64,000 nucleotides of DNA from Gemmatimonadota bacterium (GCA_029863245.1 JAOTVV010000002.1:192242-256241), one strand, 5' to 3'; counted from the first letter of the stretch, positions 32,877 through 40,639 are shown. The notes: generated by a model from the sequence alone, not told the origin. Numbers and translations: made by a program.

Positions 32877-33155
32877 CTAGCGCTCCCCAACGACGAGGCG
32901 CTCGACCCACTTCAGCAGCGCCAAGCTCAGGAGCGCGAATCCCAGCACCCCGGCAAATGGGATCACGACGATCGCGACGAATCCGGCCATCAGCTTCCGA
33001 CCGACGGCGGTCGCGGGATCGAGCACGGCAGCGTTGTTCGACACGATCCAGAACGGCACCACCACCTGAAGCCAGGCAATGTTGATCACCAACCACACCC
33101 ACACGTAGGGACGCGGCCAGATCGACTGGTGGCCTGATTCGGATCGACGAGGCAT
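32877..33155 (-). CDS. hypothetical small membrane protein
   Basis: 92 aa, 2-3 TM, GC3 about 80%. Confidence 0.5.
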   Translation of the reverse strand: MPRRSESGHQSIWPRPYVWVWLVINIAWLQVVVPFWIVSNNAAVLDPATAVGRKLMAGFVAIVVIPFAGVLGFALLSLALLKWVERLVVGER

Positions 33156-33275
33156 GCCTGACTCGTTTGGTGGCGCACGAAATGTAGTGGGGAATCGACC
33201 CTGCGGTTGTTCTGTGGTGCCGCGACCGTGCCCGTGATCGCCGCTTGTCGCGCATCGAGATACGAGGGAGGTGCC

Positions 33276-34286
33276 TTAGGGAGCGCGGGAGTGAGCGAGG
33301 CCGGCGGTGAGCTTGCGGAGCTTGGCCCCCTCGGCCTCTGCGCCGAGCCGCTCGTATCCCCTGATCGCCTCCGCCGCGATCTCAATGGCCTCGTCGATAC
33401 GCCCGCTGTCTGCCAGTACCCGCGCGAGGTCACGGCGGGAATTCGCCGCCAGCAAGGGCCGGCCACGCTCCTCGGCGATCGCCGCAACTTCGCGAAGCGT
33501 CGTTTCGGCCTCGCTGGGGTTCCCTGCGGCTGCCAGGGTTCCAGCCCACACGCGACGGTCCTCGGCCTCCCCGACCACATCTCCGATCTTGCGGCGCAGT
33601 TCCATCACCTGCTCGATCTCCCGCCGCGCGACCGCCGCCTCTCCCGCTGCCAGCCTGATCTCGGCCCGCCCGCCCCGTGCCAGCGCCGTAAGCCGTCGGT
33701 CGCCGGAGGCCTGTGCCTCCTCGACCGCACGGTCAGCGCTCTCCAGTCCCTTGGCGAAATCCCCCTGATCGCGGTAGGTGATCGCGAGGTTGTGCAGCGC
33801 CTCTGCGGCACCTGCCTTGAGGCCGGCGCGCTGAAATGCCGCCAGCGCCGACGTGTACGACCCGATCGCCCGTCCGAAGTCCCCCTGCATGTTGGCAATG
33901 ATGCCGAGGTTGTTGGAACACCGTCCGACCGTGGCGTGGTCACCGACCCGTTCCGCCTCGGCGAGGGCGAGGGCCACGAAACGCGCAGCGTCGTCCACCC
34001 GCCCGCGCTCCAGTGCCAACGCACCCGAGACATTGAGCGCACGCATCTCGGTTGCCCGGTCCCCTCGCGCCCGCGCCTCCCGCAACGCCACTTCGATCCA
34101 GCATTCCGCCGTCGCGTTCTCGCCCAGCCGTGCGTAGGCGATCCCCGACAGCAGCGCCAGGCTTGGCGAGCGCTCCGTCTCCTCCGCCGGCTGCGCGCCG
34201 AGCAAAGCCACGACCGCAGCATGCTGTCCAGTCGCCGCGAGCGACTGCGCTTTCCTCAACAACTGAAGTGAGTCACCGGCGCTCAT
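33276..34286 (-). CDS. tetratricopeptide-repeat protein
   Basis: ORF 33276..34394 trimmed to the ATG at 34286 (1 nt after the upstream stop). About 8 TPR-like units (repeated A..L.NLG/A..Y...G....A pattern). Confidence 0.7.
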   Translation of the reverse strand: MSAGDSLQLLRKAQSLAATGQHAAVVALLGAQPAEETERSPSLALLSGIAYARLGENATAECWIEVALREARARGDRATEMRALNVSGALALERGRVDDAARFVALALAEAERVGDHATVGRCSNNLGIIANMQGDFGRAIGSYTSALAAFQRAGLKAGAAEALHNLAITYRDQGDFAKGLESADRAVEEAQASGDRRLTALARGGRAEIRLAAGEAAVARREIEQVMELRRKIGDVVGEAEDRRVWAGTLAAAGNPSEAETTLREVAAIAEERGRPLLAANSRRDLARVLADSGRIDEAIEIAAEAIRGYERLGAEAEGAKLRKLTAGLAHSRAP

Positions 34287-34287
34287 G

Positions 34288-35007
34288 TCAATACGAAACG
34301 GCGTACCCGGAGTACGAGACGGCATATCCCGAGTAACTCGCCTCTCCGAACAGATCCACAATGAACCGCTTCTCCTCCACCGACTGCGTGTCATCGAGAG
34401 TCACCCACGGGTCGAACGGCTTCGGCCGCGTCCAGACGTGCAGGCCTTCTCGCTCGATCGTGTCGTCGAGTAGGTCGATGCGTCCATCCCGATTCAGGTC
34501 GGGATCAGCTCCCGAGTACCAGAGCGTGAGCAGAGCCGGGTCCCGGGGGTTGAAGATGAGTCCGCTGGGTCCGACGTGGACCCGGAGCTCGACCGTATCG
34601 ACCCGCACCGTGATGAGGACCCGATCGCCCGACTCACCGTCCGGCCATGCGACCAGGGATGTCTCGTTCAGCGCGAGATCGAGGAACGGCAACCACGTGT
34701 CGTCGGTTGACCGATAGTTGATCCGCACCGAGGTCGCCGTGCCCTGGGTCGCCCAGAACGAGACTTCGGGACGATCGAGGGGCGGGACGGTGACCGGCGA
34801 GGGGAGAACCACGTCGTCGGGACCGGACACCGCCGTGAACTGCAGCGGCAGCGATGGGTCCCACCGGAGCATGTGAAACGTTGCTCTGTTGCCCCCCTGG
34901 TCCGCAGGATCAAAAGGCGGAGGGATGGGAGGGCCGGTCGAGTCGGCGCAGGCGAGGAGGATCGCGACTCCCGCGCTCAGCGCGACGAGAAGCTTCCGGG
35001 AACGCAT
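34288..35007 (-). CDS. hypothetical lipoprotein with EF-hand/dockerin-like Ca-binding loop and C-terminal (YSGYAVS)x2 repeat
   Basis: ORF 34288..35091 trimmed to the ATG at 35007 (GGAGGT upstream). Lipobox VAILLAC, then the DLNRDGRIDLLD loop. Ends ...EAS-YSGYAVS-YSGYAVS-Y. Confidence 0.65.
   Translation of the reverse strand: MRSRKLLVALSAGVAILLACADSTGPPIPPPFDPADQGGNRATFHMLRWDPSLPLQFTAVSGPDDVVLPSPVTVPPLDRPEVSFWATQGTATSVRINYRSTDDTWLPFLDLALNETSLVAWPDGESGDRVLITVRVDTVELRVHVGPSGLIFNPRDPALLTLWYSGADPDLNRDGRIDLLDDTIEREGLHVWTRPKPFDPWVTLDDTQSVEEKRFIVDLFGEASYSGYAVSYSGYAVSY
34294..34335 (-). repeat. 21-nt tandem duplication inside the lipoprotein 3' end
   Basis: TACTCGGGATATGCCGTCTCG / TACTCCGGGTACGCCGTTTCG: 4 differences, all at synonymous third positions. 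Confidence 0.9.
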
Positions 35008-35212
35008 GATGGCACCTCCGTTTCGTCCTGGGCTTCCAGACGGCGCACACCTTCCGTCTGGACGCAGGGGCCCGACCACGTCACGCCGCATACCACGTAC
35101 CCGCGAGCCGATTCCTCTAACTTATTGTAATATAACATGTTAGCGGACGTGATTCCGGGTTCACCCCTGGGGCGGCCGGGACCACCTGGGTCGTTCCGCA
35201 CCAGAGGCGTGG

Positions 35213-36601
35213 CTAGCCGTCCTGGCCCCCCATCGAGAGCAGTCGGCGAAGCCGCTTGCGCGAGATCCCGAGGCGGCGAGCCGCCTCGCTCCGGTTCCCG
35301 TCGCAGTACTTCAGGGTGGCGTCTGCTACCGCCGACTCGATGGCGTCCAGGGTGGCAGGAAACGGGAACCGGCCCTCGCCCACGACCACCGGTTTTCGCT
35401 CCGGGATCAGCTCATCGATCGCGAGCGTGCCCTCGGGCGACAATAGCAGTGCCCGCTCGACGGCGTTGCGAAGCTCGCGGACGTTGCCGGGCCACCCGTG
35501 CTCCCGCAGCGCCCGTCTCGCGACCTCGTCCAACGGGGGTTCCGGCAGCTCGTGCTGGAGGGCGGCCCGGCGAAGCAGTTCGTTGGCGATCAGAACCACG
35601 TCGTCCCCCCGCTCACGCAGTGGCGGAAGGCGCAGCACCACCACGCTCAGACGGAAATAGAGGTCTTCACGGAATTCCCCGGTGCGGACACGTTCTTCCA
35701 GCCGTTCATTGGTGGCGGCGAGGATCCGAACATTGGCGAAGCGCCACTTCGTGCCCCCAACCCGCCGCACCTGCTTGTCTTCGAAAACGCGCAGCAACTT
35801 GGCCTGTGCATCCACAGGGAGCGTTCCGATCTCGTCGAGGAACAGCGTTCCCCCCTCGGCGAGCTCGAACAACCCAGGCTTGGCCGCGTGTGCGTCGGTG
35901 AACGCCCCGCGCTCGTGCCCGAACAGCTCCGACTCCACGAGCCGCTCCGGAAGCGCGGCGCAGTTGACCGCCACGAACGGTGCCCGCCGGCGGGGCCCTC
36001 CCTCGTGGATGGCGCGCGCGAGCAGTTCCTTCCCTGTCCCCGTGTCACCTACGATGAGGGCGGTCGCCTCGCCGTGCGGTAGCAGTCGCCCCGCTCGGGT
36101 CAGCGTCGCCTTGAGGGCTGTGCTCTCCCCGACGATGGTGCTGAACGCCTCAGGCTTCACGTCGCCAACGCCGTTGTCCCGCTGGCGGCCAGCGCGATGC
36201 CGAGCTACCGCCTCGTCGGTGGCGTTGTGCAGGACTTCCAGATCCTCTGGGAGTGCGAAGTAGTCGGTGGCCCCGCGCCGGACCGTCGCCGCGGCTATCC
36301 GGCGGCCCGGGTCGGCGCCGACGGCAAGCACGGGAATTGGCGGCGGGACGGCATGGCGATCGAGCCAATCGAGCGCGGCCATTTCGTCCCCGCCTGCCGC
36401 GAGTACGACTGCGGCAACCTCGGGCGGAACAAGCCCGACATCGTCGGGACCCACCACCCGCAAGTCCACGCCCAGATCCCGGCTCAGCTGCCCCCAGAAC
36501 TCCCCGAACGAAGTCGACAGCTGGACAACGAGCAGCGTGACCGACCCAACACGCGGAGTCAGGGGCTCGTACTGAACACGGTCTGGGGCGGATCGCCCCA
36601 T
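35213..36601 (-). CDS. sigma54-dependent transcriptional activator (bEBP) with degenerate receiver domain
   Basis: Only the last 462 aa of track ORF 35213..37627 are used, from the ATG at 36601. AAA+ core GDTGTGKELLA, GAFTDA loop, LFLDEIG. C-terminal Fis-type HTH (NRSEAARRLGISRKRLRRLL). The N-terminal receiver-like fold lacks the acidic pocket, Asp and Lys. Confidence 0.9.
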   Translation of the reverse strand: MGRSAPDRVQYEPLTPRVGSVTLLVVQLSTSFGEFWGQLSRDLGVDLRVVGPDDVGLVPPEVAAVVLAAGGDEMAALDWLDRHAVPPPIPVLAVGADPGRRIAAATVRRGATDYFALPEDLEVLHNATDEAVARHRAGRQRDNGVGDVKPEAFSTIVGESTALKATLTRAGRLLPHGEATALIVGDTGTGKELLARAIHEGGPRRRAPFVAVNCAALPERLVESELFGHERGAFTDAHAAKPGLFELAEGGTLFLDEIGTLPVDAQAKLLRVFEDKQVRRVGGTKWRFANVRILAATNERLEERVRTGEFREDLYFRLSVVVLRLPPLRERGDDVVLIANELLRRAALQHELPEPPLDEVARRALREHGWPGNVRELRNAVERALLLSPEGTLAIDELIPERKPVVVGEGRFPFPATLDAIESAVADATLKYCDGNRSEAARRLGISRKRLRRLLSMGGQDG

Positions 36602-36817
36602 TTGCGTGCGATCACTCACGCACGGCTCCAGGTTGGTGCCATTTGAACCAAGGAGTACGAAACGTACCACCTGACGTCGGCCCGTCAATACTCCGTAACG
36701 CTCTGCCGTAAAAATGTTTACACCGACGAATGTCAGGGGTCTCATGTTTGCGACATTACGGGTCGCAGCGCAGAAGCCACGAAGTGACGCCCAATCCCAT
36801 CGGTCCCGGAGGACTCC

Positions 36818-38140
36818 ATGGCGCTCGCCGTTTCGCCAGGCGCGAAATTGTCGACCCTGGCGAAAGCCGCCGGCCGCAGCAACGGCGCCATGCTGGCCCG
36901 ACGGCGAGTGTATTGGGAAACGGGCCCGATCGAAGAGCGCCCGGGAGACGCGTTCGGTGACACCGCGCGGGCCATCGCCGAGGCCGTATCGGCCAAGGAT
37001 GGGTACACACGCGCGCACTCGCGTCGCGTTGCCCGCTATGCCGCGGCATTGGCCAGCGAGCTGGGAGTGGGGAGTCGCAGCGTCAGGGAGATCGGGTTCT
37101 GTGGGCTCCTGCACGACGTGGGAAAGATCGGCATCCCAGACACTGTGCTGTGCAAGATGGGACCCTTGTGCGATCAGGAGCTGCGCCGAATCAGGCGACA
37201 CCCCGTCATTGGCGAGCGCATCCTCGGGCCGCTGCTGCGCACCCATCCGCGGATCCTCGCGGCGGTTCGCTGGCACCATGAACGGTTTGACGGCAGTGGC
37301 TTTCCCGACGGCCTTGGCGGCGAGGAGATTCCACTCGAGGCGCGGATCGTGGCGGTCGCCGACGCATACGACGCCATGACGTCCGAACGGCCGTACCGCC
37401 CTGCGCTCCCCGTGCGGCGCGCCGTACTCGAGCTGCGTCGCTGCAGCGGCAGTCAGTTCGACCCGACGTGCGTGGCGGCGTTTTTGAGACTGCTCGAGAG
37501 GATTCGTCGTACCGGGTGTCAGGCACGGCGACGGGCTGCCCGTCGCTGGCGGGTCGTTGCCCGGCGCGGAGAACGGCCGGGGGCACGTCGACCGGCGGCA
37601 GGCACCACTGTACGCCGACACTCCCACCGGGTACGCGTCGCCGGCAAGGCAACCTCTCCGGAAATCGGCTCATCCTATCGACCGCCGGCAGCATCTGAGA
37701 GAAAGGTGCGCCCCCGAGCGCCTCCCCCGGGACGGAGGAATCAGCACGACCCTTCCATCAGCCAAGGGGACCGCCATGCGGGCCGTGTATGCGTGCGGGT
37801 GCATTTTCTCCGGCACCGATTGCGAGACCGGCGCCGTGGAAATCACCATGCAGTTCTGTCCGATCCACGAGGCGCACCAGACCTGCATCGCCCAGCGCCC
37901 AGACCCGGCACCGCACGTCCGTCGGTGCTGGTCGCCTACCGGAGGGCCCGGAATCAGTCCTCAACTCGCAGCGGCGGCGTCCGAAGCCCGAAGGTCGCCG
38001 GACCTCCAGCCAACGTCGTTCTGAGTTCAGACGACCTCTTAGATGTACTGGCTTATCGTATTATACAGCAAGGGTTTACAAAGACCACCTCAAGTATTGA
38101 CTGGGCTCCGGAAGCTTGGCCGATGCCAGGGGTAGCCTGA
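36818..38140 (+). CDS. HD-GYP domain protein (cyclic-di-GMP phosphodiesterase family) with an unconserved ~200-aa Arg/Pro-rich tail
   Basis: ATG at 36818 with GGAGGA upstream. The domain spans about 36940-37500 (YTRAHSRRV...LLHDVGKIGIPD...HHERFDGSGFPDGL...DAMTSERPYR). After about 37500 the frame looks non-coding (GC3 about 61%), but the first in-frame stop is at 38140. Confidence 0.75.
   Translation: MALAVSPGAKLSTLAKAAGRSNGAMLARRRVYWETGPIEERPGDAFGDTARAIAEAVSAKDGYTRAHSRRVARYAAALASELGVGSRSVREIGFCGLLHDVGKIGIPDTVLCKMGPLCDQELRRIRRHPVIGERILGPLLRTHPRILAAVRWHHERFDGSGFPDGLGGEEIPLEARIVAVADAYDAMTSERPYRPALPVRRAVLELRRCSGSQFDPTCVAAFLRLLERIRRTGCQARRRAARRWRVVARRGERPGARRPAAGTTVRRHSHRVRVAGKATSPEIGSSYRPPAASERKVRPRAPPPGRRNQHDPSISQGDRHAGRVCVRVHFLRHRLRDRRRGNHHAVLSDPRGAPDLHRPAPRPGTARPSVLVAYRRARNQSSTRSGGVRSPKVAGPPANVVLSSDDLLDVLAYRIIQQGFTKTTSSIDWAPEAWPMPGVA
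37776..38024 (+). CDS. candidate Cys/His-rich small protein (alternative frame inside the HD-GYP tail)
   Basis: ATG at 37776 preceded by AAGGGGA. MRAVYACGCIFSGTDCETGAVEITMQFCPIHEAHQTCIAQ...; the first 40 codons have GC3 about 87%. Same frame as track ORF 37557..38024. Confidence 0.35.
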   Translation: MRAVYACGCIFSGTDCETGAVEITMQFCPIHEAHQTCIAQRPDPAPHVRRCWSPTGGPGISPQLAAAASEARRSPDLQPTSF

Positions 38141-38203
38141 CCGGGTGCCTGGCCTGTGGCCCGCCCCACGGAGCATGCCGGCGCCTGCGGTATGAAAACG
38201 GAA

Positions 38204-38232
38204 GAGCCCTGCACGTCATCAGTGCAGGGCTC
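38204..38232 (-). terminator. intrinsic terminator downstream of tRNA-Leu
   Basis: 11-bp stem GAGCCCTGCAC-N7-GTGCAGGGCTC, followed on the minus strand by TTCCGTTTTC. It also sits 64 nt after the HD-GYP ORF stop on the plus strand. Confidence 0.6.
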
Positions 38233-38237
38233 CTGAG

Positions 38238-38321
38238 TGCCCGAGGACGGAGTCGAACCGTCACCCCGTTGCCGGGACGGGATTTTGAGTCCCGCGCGTC
38301 TACCAGTTCCACCACTCGGGC
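38238..38321 (-). tRNA. tRNA-Leu (anticodon CAA)
   Basis: Folded by hand. Acceptor GCCCGAG/CTCGGGC, 3-bp D stem, anticodon stem CGGGA/TCCCG with loop CUCAAAA, long variable arm (CCCG/CGGG), T arm GACGG-TTCGACT-CCGTC, discriminator A. No encoded CCA. Confidence 0.95.
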
Positions 38322-38370
38322 TGTAGCGCAAATATAGCGGGACTGGGTCGTGGCTGCGGAAACCGGAACC

Positions 38371-38856
38371 TTACATCCCCGGCCCTCCCGGCCCCCGCCC
38401 TTGCCCTCCACGCACGCGCTCGATCTGCATCTGCAGCCGGCGCCACGCGAGGGTCAACTGCGCGCGCTGTACCGGACTGAGGAAACTGGCGAATTCGCGT
38501 TGCTCGGTTCGCGCGCGTTCCACGCGCTCGGTCTCCAAAGCGAGCAGGTCGTCGATCAGCTTGGCCACGCTGTCGGCATTGGCCGCCATACCGGGACGCA
38601 TCTGCCCCTCGAGCGCAAACCACAGGTTCCGTTCACGGAGGGCCAGCGTGGTTCGGGCCTCGAACGATTGGCGCGTTATGTCCTCCAGCCGGCGATACTG
38701 CTCGTCGGTGAGGCCGGCCTGCGCCCGGTAGTTGGCCATGAACCGCTCCACGACTTGCTGCTGCAGCACCTGGCGCCGAACTTGGGGGTTCTGGGCCGCC
38801 AGCGGTCCGACCTGCACCGCGAGCAGCGTCGCCAATACGATCGCTCCGCGCATCAT
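38371..38856 (-). CDS. periplasmic LTXXQ-motif protein (Spy/CpxP-like)
   Basis: Last 161 aa of ORF 38371..39123, from the ATG at 38856 (ATGA overlap with the anti-sigma stop, GGAGGG upstream). Signal peptide, LTDEQ and LSPVQ motifs, helical, Gly-rich tail. Confidence 0.7.
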   Translation of the reverse strand: MMRGAIVLATLLAVQVGPLAAQNPQVRRQVLQQQVVERFMANYRAQAGLTDEQYRRLEDITRQSFEARTTLALRERNLWFALEGQMRPGMAANADSVAKLIDDLLALETERVERARTEQREFASFLSPVQRAQLTLAWRRLQMQIERVRGGQGRGPGGPGM

Positions 38857-39275
38857 CCCTCCATGCTCTTCAACAACTGAGTCAGCTCGTTCTCGTCCAG
38901 GTCGTCCAGCCCAACGGGGACCAGATCCGACACCGGAGCATCCATCCGGAGCGAATCCAGCACCTCGCTCAACTCGGCCACCGCAAGTTCTTGGATCTCC
39001 ACTGGAACGGCGCCAGCTTGCCTCCCGTCCGACGGCCGGGCGAGTTCCCGGATCCCGAACCCGACGGCGAGCACCACCGCGGCAGCCGCCGCAAGCTGCA
39101 CCAGCCTCGCGCGCTGCCACCACTGGCGCCGCACCGGCCTGGCCCTGAGACGAGCCGTCACCGCCGCGGCAACGTGCTCGGCGTCGATGCGGTCGGCCGC
39201 CTCTGCCCCGAGTCGCGGGGCGAGCTGCTCCAGCATCTGCTCGCGTTCGTCCATCATCGTCGTCCTCCGGCTCAC
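38853..39275 (-). CDS. putative anti-sigma factor (single-pass membrane protein)
   Basis: 140 aa, immediately downstream of and overlapping the ECF sigma stop. One TM (LVQLAAAAAVVLAVGFGI). Start is either the GTG at 39275 or the ATG at 39257 (GGAGGA upstream). Call rests on context only. Confidence 0.55.
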   Translation of the reverse strand: MSRRTTMMDEREQMLEQLAPRLGAEAADRIDAEHVAAAVTARLRARPVRRQWWQRARLVQLAAAAAVVLAVGFGIRELARPSDGRQAGAVPVEIQELAVAELSEVLDSLRMDAPVSDLVPVGLDDLDENELTQLLKSMEG

Positions 39276-39820
39276 TCCAGGGCGACTTTCAGCCGCCTGA
39301 CCGCGTGATGGTAGTGCACCCGCGCCGCTCCCACCGACGTCCCCAGCGCCGCAGCGATATCTGCGTACTCGGCACCGTGCTGCGCCCGCATGAGAAACAC
39401 GTTCCGCTGCATCGTCGGAAGCTGGGATACCGCCTCGCCGAGCCGCTCCAGTAGCTCCCGACCCACAACCTGCTCATGCGGACCATGCCGTACATCCGGA
39501 ACATCCCGGTCTTCGATCGACAACACCTTTGCACGTGTTCGCCGGCGGCCAAGATCCTTCAATGCGTTCGATCCGATAGCGAACAGCCACGTGCGGAAAC
39601 TGGACTTCCCCCGAAAACTCTCGATTCGGTCAAACGCTCGAAAGAACGTCTCCTGCACGACATCATCCAGATCCTCTTCGGCGCCGGCTGCAGCAAGGAA
39701 CCGGGCAAGCGGCCGGGTGTGGCGGGCGACCAGCGCTGCGGCCGCCGCTTGGTCTCCCCCTCGCCACGCCGCTACCAGGTCGGCGTCAGAATCACCTCGA
39801 GCATCCACGGCCGCCGTCAC
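39272..39820 (-). CDS. ECF-type RNA polymerase sigma factor
   Basis: 182 aa. Region 2 is DDVVQETFFRAFDRIESFRG.S.FRTWLFAI; region 4 is LPTMQRNVFLMR...YADIAAALGTSVGAARVHYHHAVRRL. Confidence 0.9.
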   Translation of the reverse strand: MTAAVDARGDSDADLVAAWRGGDQAAAAALVARHTRPLARFLAAAGAEEDLDDVVQETFFRAFDRIESFRGKSSFRTWLFAIGSNALKDLGRRRTRAKVLSIEDRDVPDVRHGPHEQVVGRELLERLGEAVSQLPTMQRNVFLMRAQHGAEYADIAAALGTSVGAARVHYHHAVRRLKVALE

Positions 39821-39952
39821 ACCTCGTTTGACGAATCGGTGACGAGGAAGTTAATACGGGACGAGCAGCTCTCTCGTGTAGCTGAACCGTCGCCAACCGA
39901 CACCGTTCGCGCGACAGCGGCGCGGGATTCGGCCAACAAGGAACTCTCAGCG

Positions 39953-39980
39953 TTGACAAACCCGAACCGCGCTCTAGGTT
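39953..39980 (+). promoter_or_regulatory. putative sigma70-type promoter of the TetR gene / paa-like operon
   Basis: TTGACA-N16-TAGGTT, 26 nt upstream of the TetR ATG. Confidence 0.45.
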
Positions 39981-39985
39981 TTATC

Positions 39986-40001
39986 TCGAACGAACGTTCG
40001 A
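39986..40001. promoter_or_regulatory. palindromic operator candidate (TetR autoregulation)
   Basis: TCGAACG-AA-CGTTCGA (contains the perfect 10-mer CGAACGTTCG), between the -10 element and the ATG at 40006. Confidence 0.45.
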
Positions 40002-40005
40002 AAAG

Positions 40006-40605
40006 ATGATGACCTACGACGAGCGCCTCGAGCACCTCTTGGCCACCGCGGCCAACATCTTCGCCGCCCATGGCTTCCATTCCACGACCATGCGAGACCT
40101 CTCGCGGGCCACCGGAATGAGCCTGGCCGGCATGTATTACTACGTGGAAGGCAAGGACGAGCTGCTGTTCCTCATCCAGGAACGGTGTTTCACAGAGGTC
40201 CTGACTGGCGCGCGGGCGGCGATCGCGGCGGAGACGGACCCGCTGGAGCGCTTGCGGCGGTTCATCCGCCACCATGTCGGGTTCTTTACGGCGCACATGG
40301 CGGAGATGAAAGTGCTGTCGCATGAGGCGGAGAGCTTGAGCGGTGAGCGGTGGGAGACAGTCAATCGGCTCAAGCGCACCTACGTCGACCTGCTGCTGTC
40401 GGTGTTGGACAGCGCCCGTCCCGAGGCCGACTCGTCGATCGATGCTCGCGTGGCCGCGTTTGCGCTGTTTGGCATGATGAACTGGATCTACACTTGGTAC
40501 GATACGGAGGGACCGGTCCCTCCGGACCGGCTCGCCGATCAGTTGGCCGAGTTGTTCATGCTCGGGCTCGTGCCCTCGACCGTGCCGGCCGCCCAACAGG
40601 GATGA
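40006..40605 (+). CDS. TetR/AcrR family transcriptional regulator
   Basis: 199 aa. N-terminal HTH: AANIFAAHGFHSTTMRDLSRATGMSLAGMYYYV.GKDELL. Confidence 0.9.
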   Translation: MMTYDERLEHLLATAANIFAAHGFHSTTMRDLSRATGMSLAGMYYYVEGKDELLFLIQERCFTEVLTGARAAIAAETDPLERLRRFIRHHVGFFTAHMAEMKVLSHEAESLSGERWETVNRLKRTYVDLLLSVLDSARPEADSSIDARVAAFALFGMMNWIYTWYDTEGPVPPDRLADQLAELFMLGLVPSTVPAAQQG

Positions 40606-40639
40606 CGGACATGACGGCGATGACCGCAAGGAGTGGAAT

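Noticed and set aside
35010-35025. TGGCACctccgTTTCg, a second sigma54-like -24/-12 match
   Set aside because: It is on the plus strand inside the first codons of the minus-strand lipoprotein gene and points at the 3' end of the bEBP gene. There is nothing for it to drive. It also lacks the -13 G.
36630-36650. TGGCACcaaccTGGAg on the minus strand upstream of the bEBP gene
   Set aside because: The -12 element is TGGA instead of TTGC (2/4), and it lies only about 35 nt from the ATG. I judged this a chance match to the -24 half.
35213-37627. 804-aa version of the sigma54 activator ORF
   Set aside because: The N-terminal 342 codons cross the divergent promoter region and run antisense through the HD-GYP gene with junk-like sequence. 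Homology starts only after the ATG at 36601.
38040-38110. AT-rich patch with a perfect minus-strand TATAAT (38060-38065)
   Set aside because: There is no acceptable -35 element or TGn at the correct spacing, and no minus-strand gene downstream. I noted it only as evidence that the end of the HD-GYP ORF looks intergenic.
30300-38321. Genomic island integrated at the 3' end of tRNA-Leu
   Set aside because: There is no integrase or recombinase. I could find no direct repeat of the tRNA 3' segment (GGAGTCGAACCGTC...) downstream. GC content stays at the genome level across this stretch.
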